The position numbers were made by a program, and so were the translations under genes. Positions 30,464-32,000 of a stretch of DNA of 32,000 bases are shown here, one piece after another; the stretch's first letter is position 1; every line of letters begins with the position of its first letter. The stretch is from positions 630,001 through 662,000 of the forward strand of contig NC_006055.1 in assembly GCF_000008305.1 (NCBI RefSeq), written 5' to 3'. Below the pieces are notes generated by a model that was not told the DNA's origin, made no database searches, and saw nothing but the letters and a program-made list of their open reading frames with translations. The stretch is from Mesoplasma florum L1. GTDB lineage: Bacteria > Bacillota_I > Bacilli_A > Mycoplasmatales > Mycoplasmataceae.

Positions 30464-31423
30464 TTATCCTAATTTTTTTAGTCGTTCATTAATAAAGCTA
30501 TTGAAATTTTCCATTCTTATTGTGAAATCTGGGTTTGCGTTTTCTAAGAAAATTGCATTTTGTGTTGTGAATTCCTTCACTTTTCTGTCAAGTTTTGTAT
30601 TAACAAATAAAATTGCTTTTTTATTAATAGCTGGATTCTTGATGCTTTTTGAAAGATTCAAGAAATCATATGCCATACAGTAATTGGCTGCAAAGTTTAA
30701 TTCATCTTTAAATTCTTTATATGTTCCAATTCTTCTGTAGTAGTTTAATACGTGAGGTCATTGATTAACTATATCAAAAATTGAGTATTTAGGTACAGAT
30801 ACTTTATGTTTAAATAAAACATCTCCTGATAAATAAAAGTTTCTTGAGTGTGCAAGTGCCATAAATAAAAATAACATATCAAATCTAACATTCTTTTTGA
30901 AAGTTATTCTAAAATCTTTTATAAATTTACTTCTAAATAATTTACCATAAATTTCTTGTGAAATATAAGCAAATACTTCTTTATTATCTTGTAAATCATA
31001 CAATTTATTTGTTTCTAATAATGGTTGTGTATCACCCTCAAATAAATTTGATTGTTCATACTGAACTTCAATTAAATCTATTTTAGCTTCGTTTGATTCA
31101 ACAATGTTTTGTACTGTCTGTACATAATTTTCATTAATTAAATCCCCTTCTTTTAAAAATGAAACATACTCACCGCGAGCTAACTCTATCCCATTATTTC
31201 AATTTAATGATTCTCCTTGACCTTTTGAATTAAAGATTAGCATAATTTTGTCGTTTTCAATAAACTGATCTCTAACAAAATCTATAGCTTCTTTTTCAAT
31301 GTTTGGTTCGTCAACTACTATGATTAACTCATATGAATCATTAGTTTGTTTTTTTAGTGTATTAATTGTTTTAAATAATTTTTCTTCTCTAGCTTGGCTA
31401 GAAATAATAAATGAAACTAACAT
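30464..31423 (-). CDS. Family 2 glycosyltransferase (319 aa)
   Basis: Fragments 30464-30676, 30758-31003 and 31199-31423 share a frame and are joined at TGA (30758, 31199). The N-terminus MLVSFIISSQAREEKLFKTINTLKKQTNDSYELIIVVDE... followed by ...ARGEYVSFLKEGD is a GT-A/GT2 pattern. The RBS is AGAGAGG. Confidence 0.75.
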
Positions 31424-31595
31424 TCTTTTACCTCTCTTGAATATAACTATATATATTTTACACTAAAAGGTATTTTTTTGTTATTTATTCCTTTAAGTAG
31501 TTATCGATGAACCTAATTATTTTTTAAAATGATTTTAAGATATAATAATAAATAACGAGAATACAATAAGTTTTTTAACATGAAAGGATGATATT

Positions 31596-32000
31596 ATGAG
31601 TATAAAAAATTATTTATTACAAAATGAAATACCAACTAACGAATGATTAACAAAAGATGATAACAAAGAAGTAATTAGATCTGTTTCTACAAAAGTAGCA
31701 GATGTTAATAACTTATCAAAAGATGAAGAACTAACAATGAAAAAATTAATTGATTTTGTTGTAGCTAGTCAAGACGAAGAATTTAATTATGAAGGTAAAG
31801 AAGACTATTTACGTCCCGCTGTAGGGCTTGCCGCACCTCAAATTGGTGTAAATAAAGATATGTTTTATATTAGATTTAATTTACCAAACAACCAAATAGA
31901 AGAGTATGCAATGATTAACACAGAATACCTGGCAAAATCATCAAGAATGGCAGCATTAGAAGAAGGCGAAGGATGTTTAAGTGTTGATGAAGACAAACAT
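31596..32000 (+). CDS. def: Peptide deformylase (5' part; continues beyond the window)
   Basis: ATG 31596 follows an AAAGGA RBS. TGA at 31644 is read as Trp. The motifs GLAAPQIG and EGCLS are present. Confidence 0.9.

Noticed and set aside
1-32000. CRISPR arrays, IS elements, integrases, prophage genes, and rRNA or tRNA genes.
   Set aside because: I saw no regularly spaced direct repeats, no transposase- or integrase-like ORFs, and no inverted terminal repeats. The only GC-rich structured segment long enough for a stable RNA is the rpsB leader.

Overview
This 32-kb window comes from a low-GC, Mollicutes-type genome (Mesoplasma, Entomoplasma or Mycoplasma mycoides-like; that placement is inference) that reads TGA as Trp (genetic code 4). 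The supplied standard-code ORF track therefore splits most real genes at in-frame TGA codons, often at conserved Trp positions. It also sometimes starts ORFs at upstream GTG/TTG codons. I re-joined fragments by hand, checking each joined frame for TAA/TAG, and obtained 37 intact CDS. Thirty-five are on the minus strand; only ppa and def are on the plus strand.

The content is mostly housekeeping and keeps Bacillus-like synteny:
- a heterodimer-type ABC exporter pair
- ssb-like and dprA-like genes
- the rpsP-rimM-trmD-rplS-rbgA-rnhB block
- ppa, yebC and a deoxynucleoside kinase
- rluB-scpB-scpA
- argS, frr-pyrH and rpsB-tsf
- an RluA-family pseudouridine synthase and a CPBP protease
- ptsH, pcrA, an RDD protein, a GT2 glycosyltransferase and def

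I found no rRNA, tRNA, CRISPR array or IS/transposase.

The accessory or unusual content is:
1. A very AT-rich two-gene cassette (13489-14914). Its 279-aa product ends in a HEPN-type RNxLxH (Rx4H) motif, and its 189-aa partner is unrecognisable. This is the best candidate for an undescribed toxin/abortive-infection-like module.
2. A GC-rich structured leader upstream of rpsB-tsf.
3. A tail-less SSB paralog coupled to a divergent DprA.
4. A His-rich ECF-S-like membrane protein.
5. A three-gene membrane/NodB-deacetylase insertion that splits the tsf and pyrH-frr neighbourhood.
6. A ptsH promoter carrying four alternating TTGATA hexamers.

All functional calls rest on motif recognition by eye. 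No database search was run.
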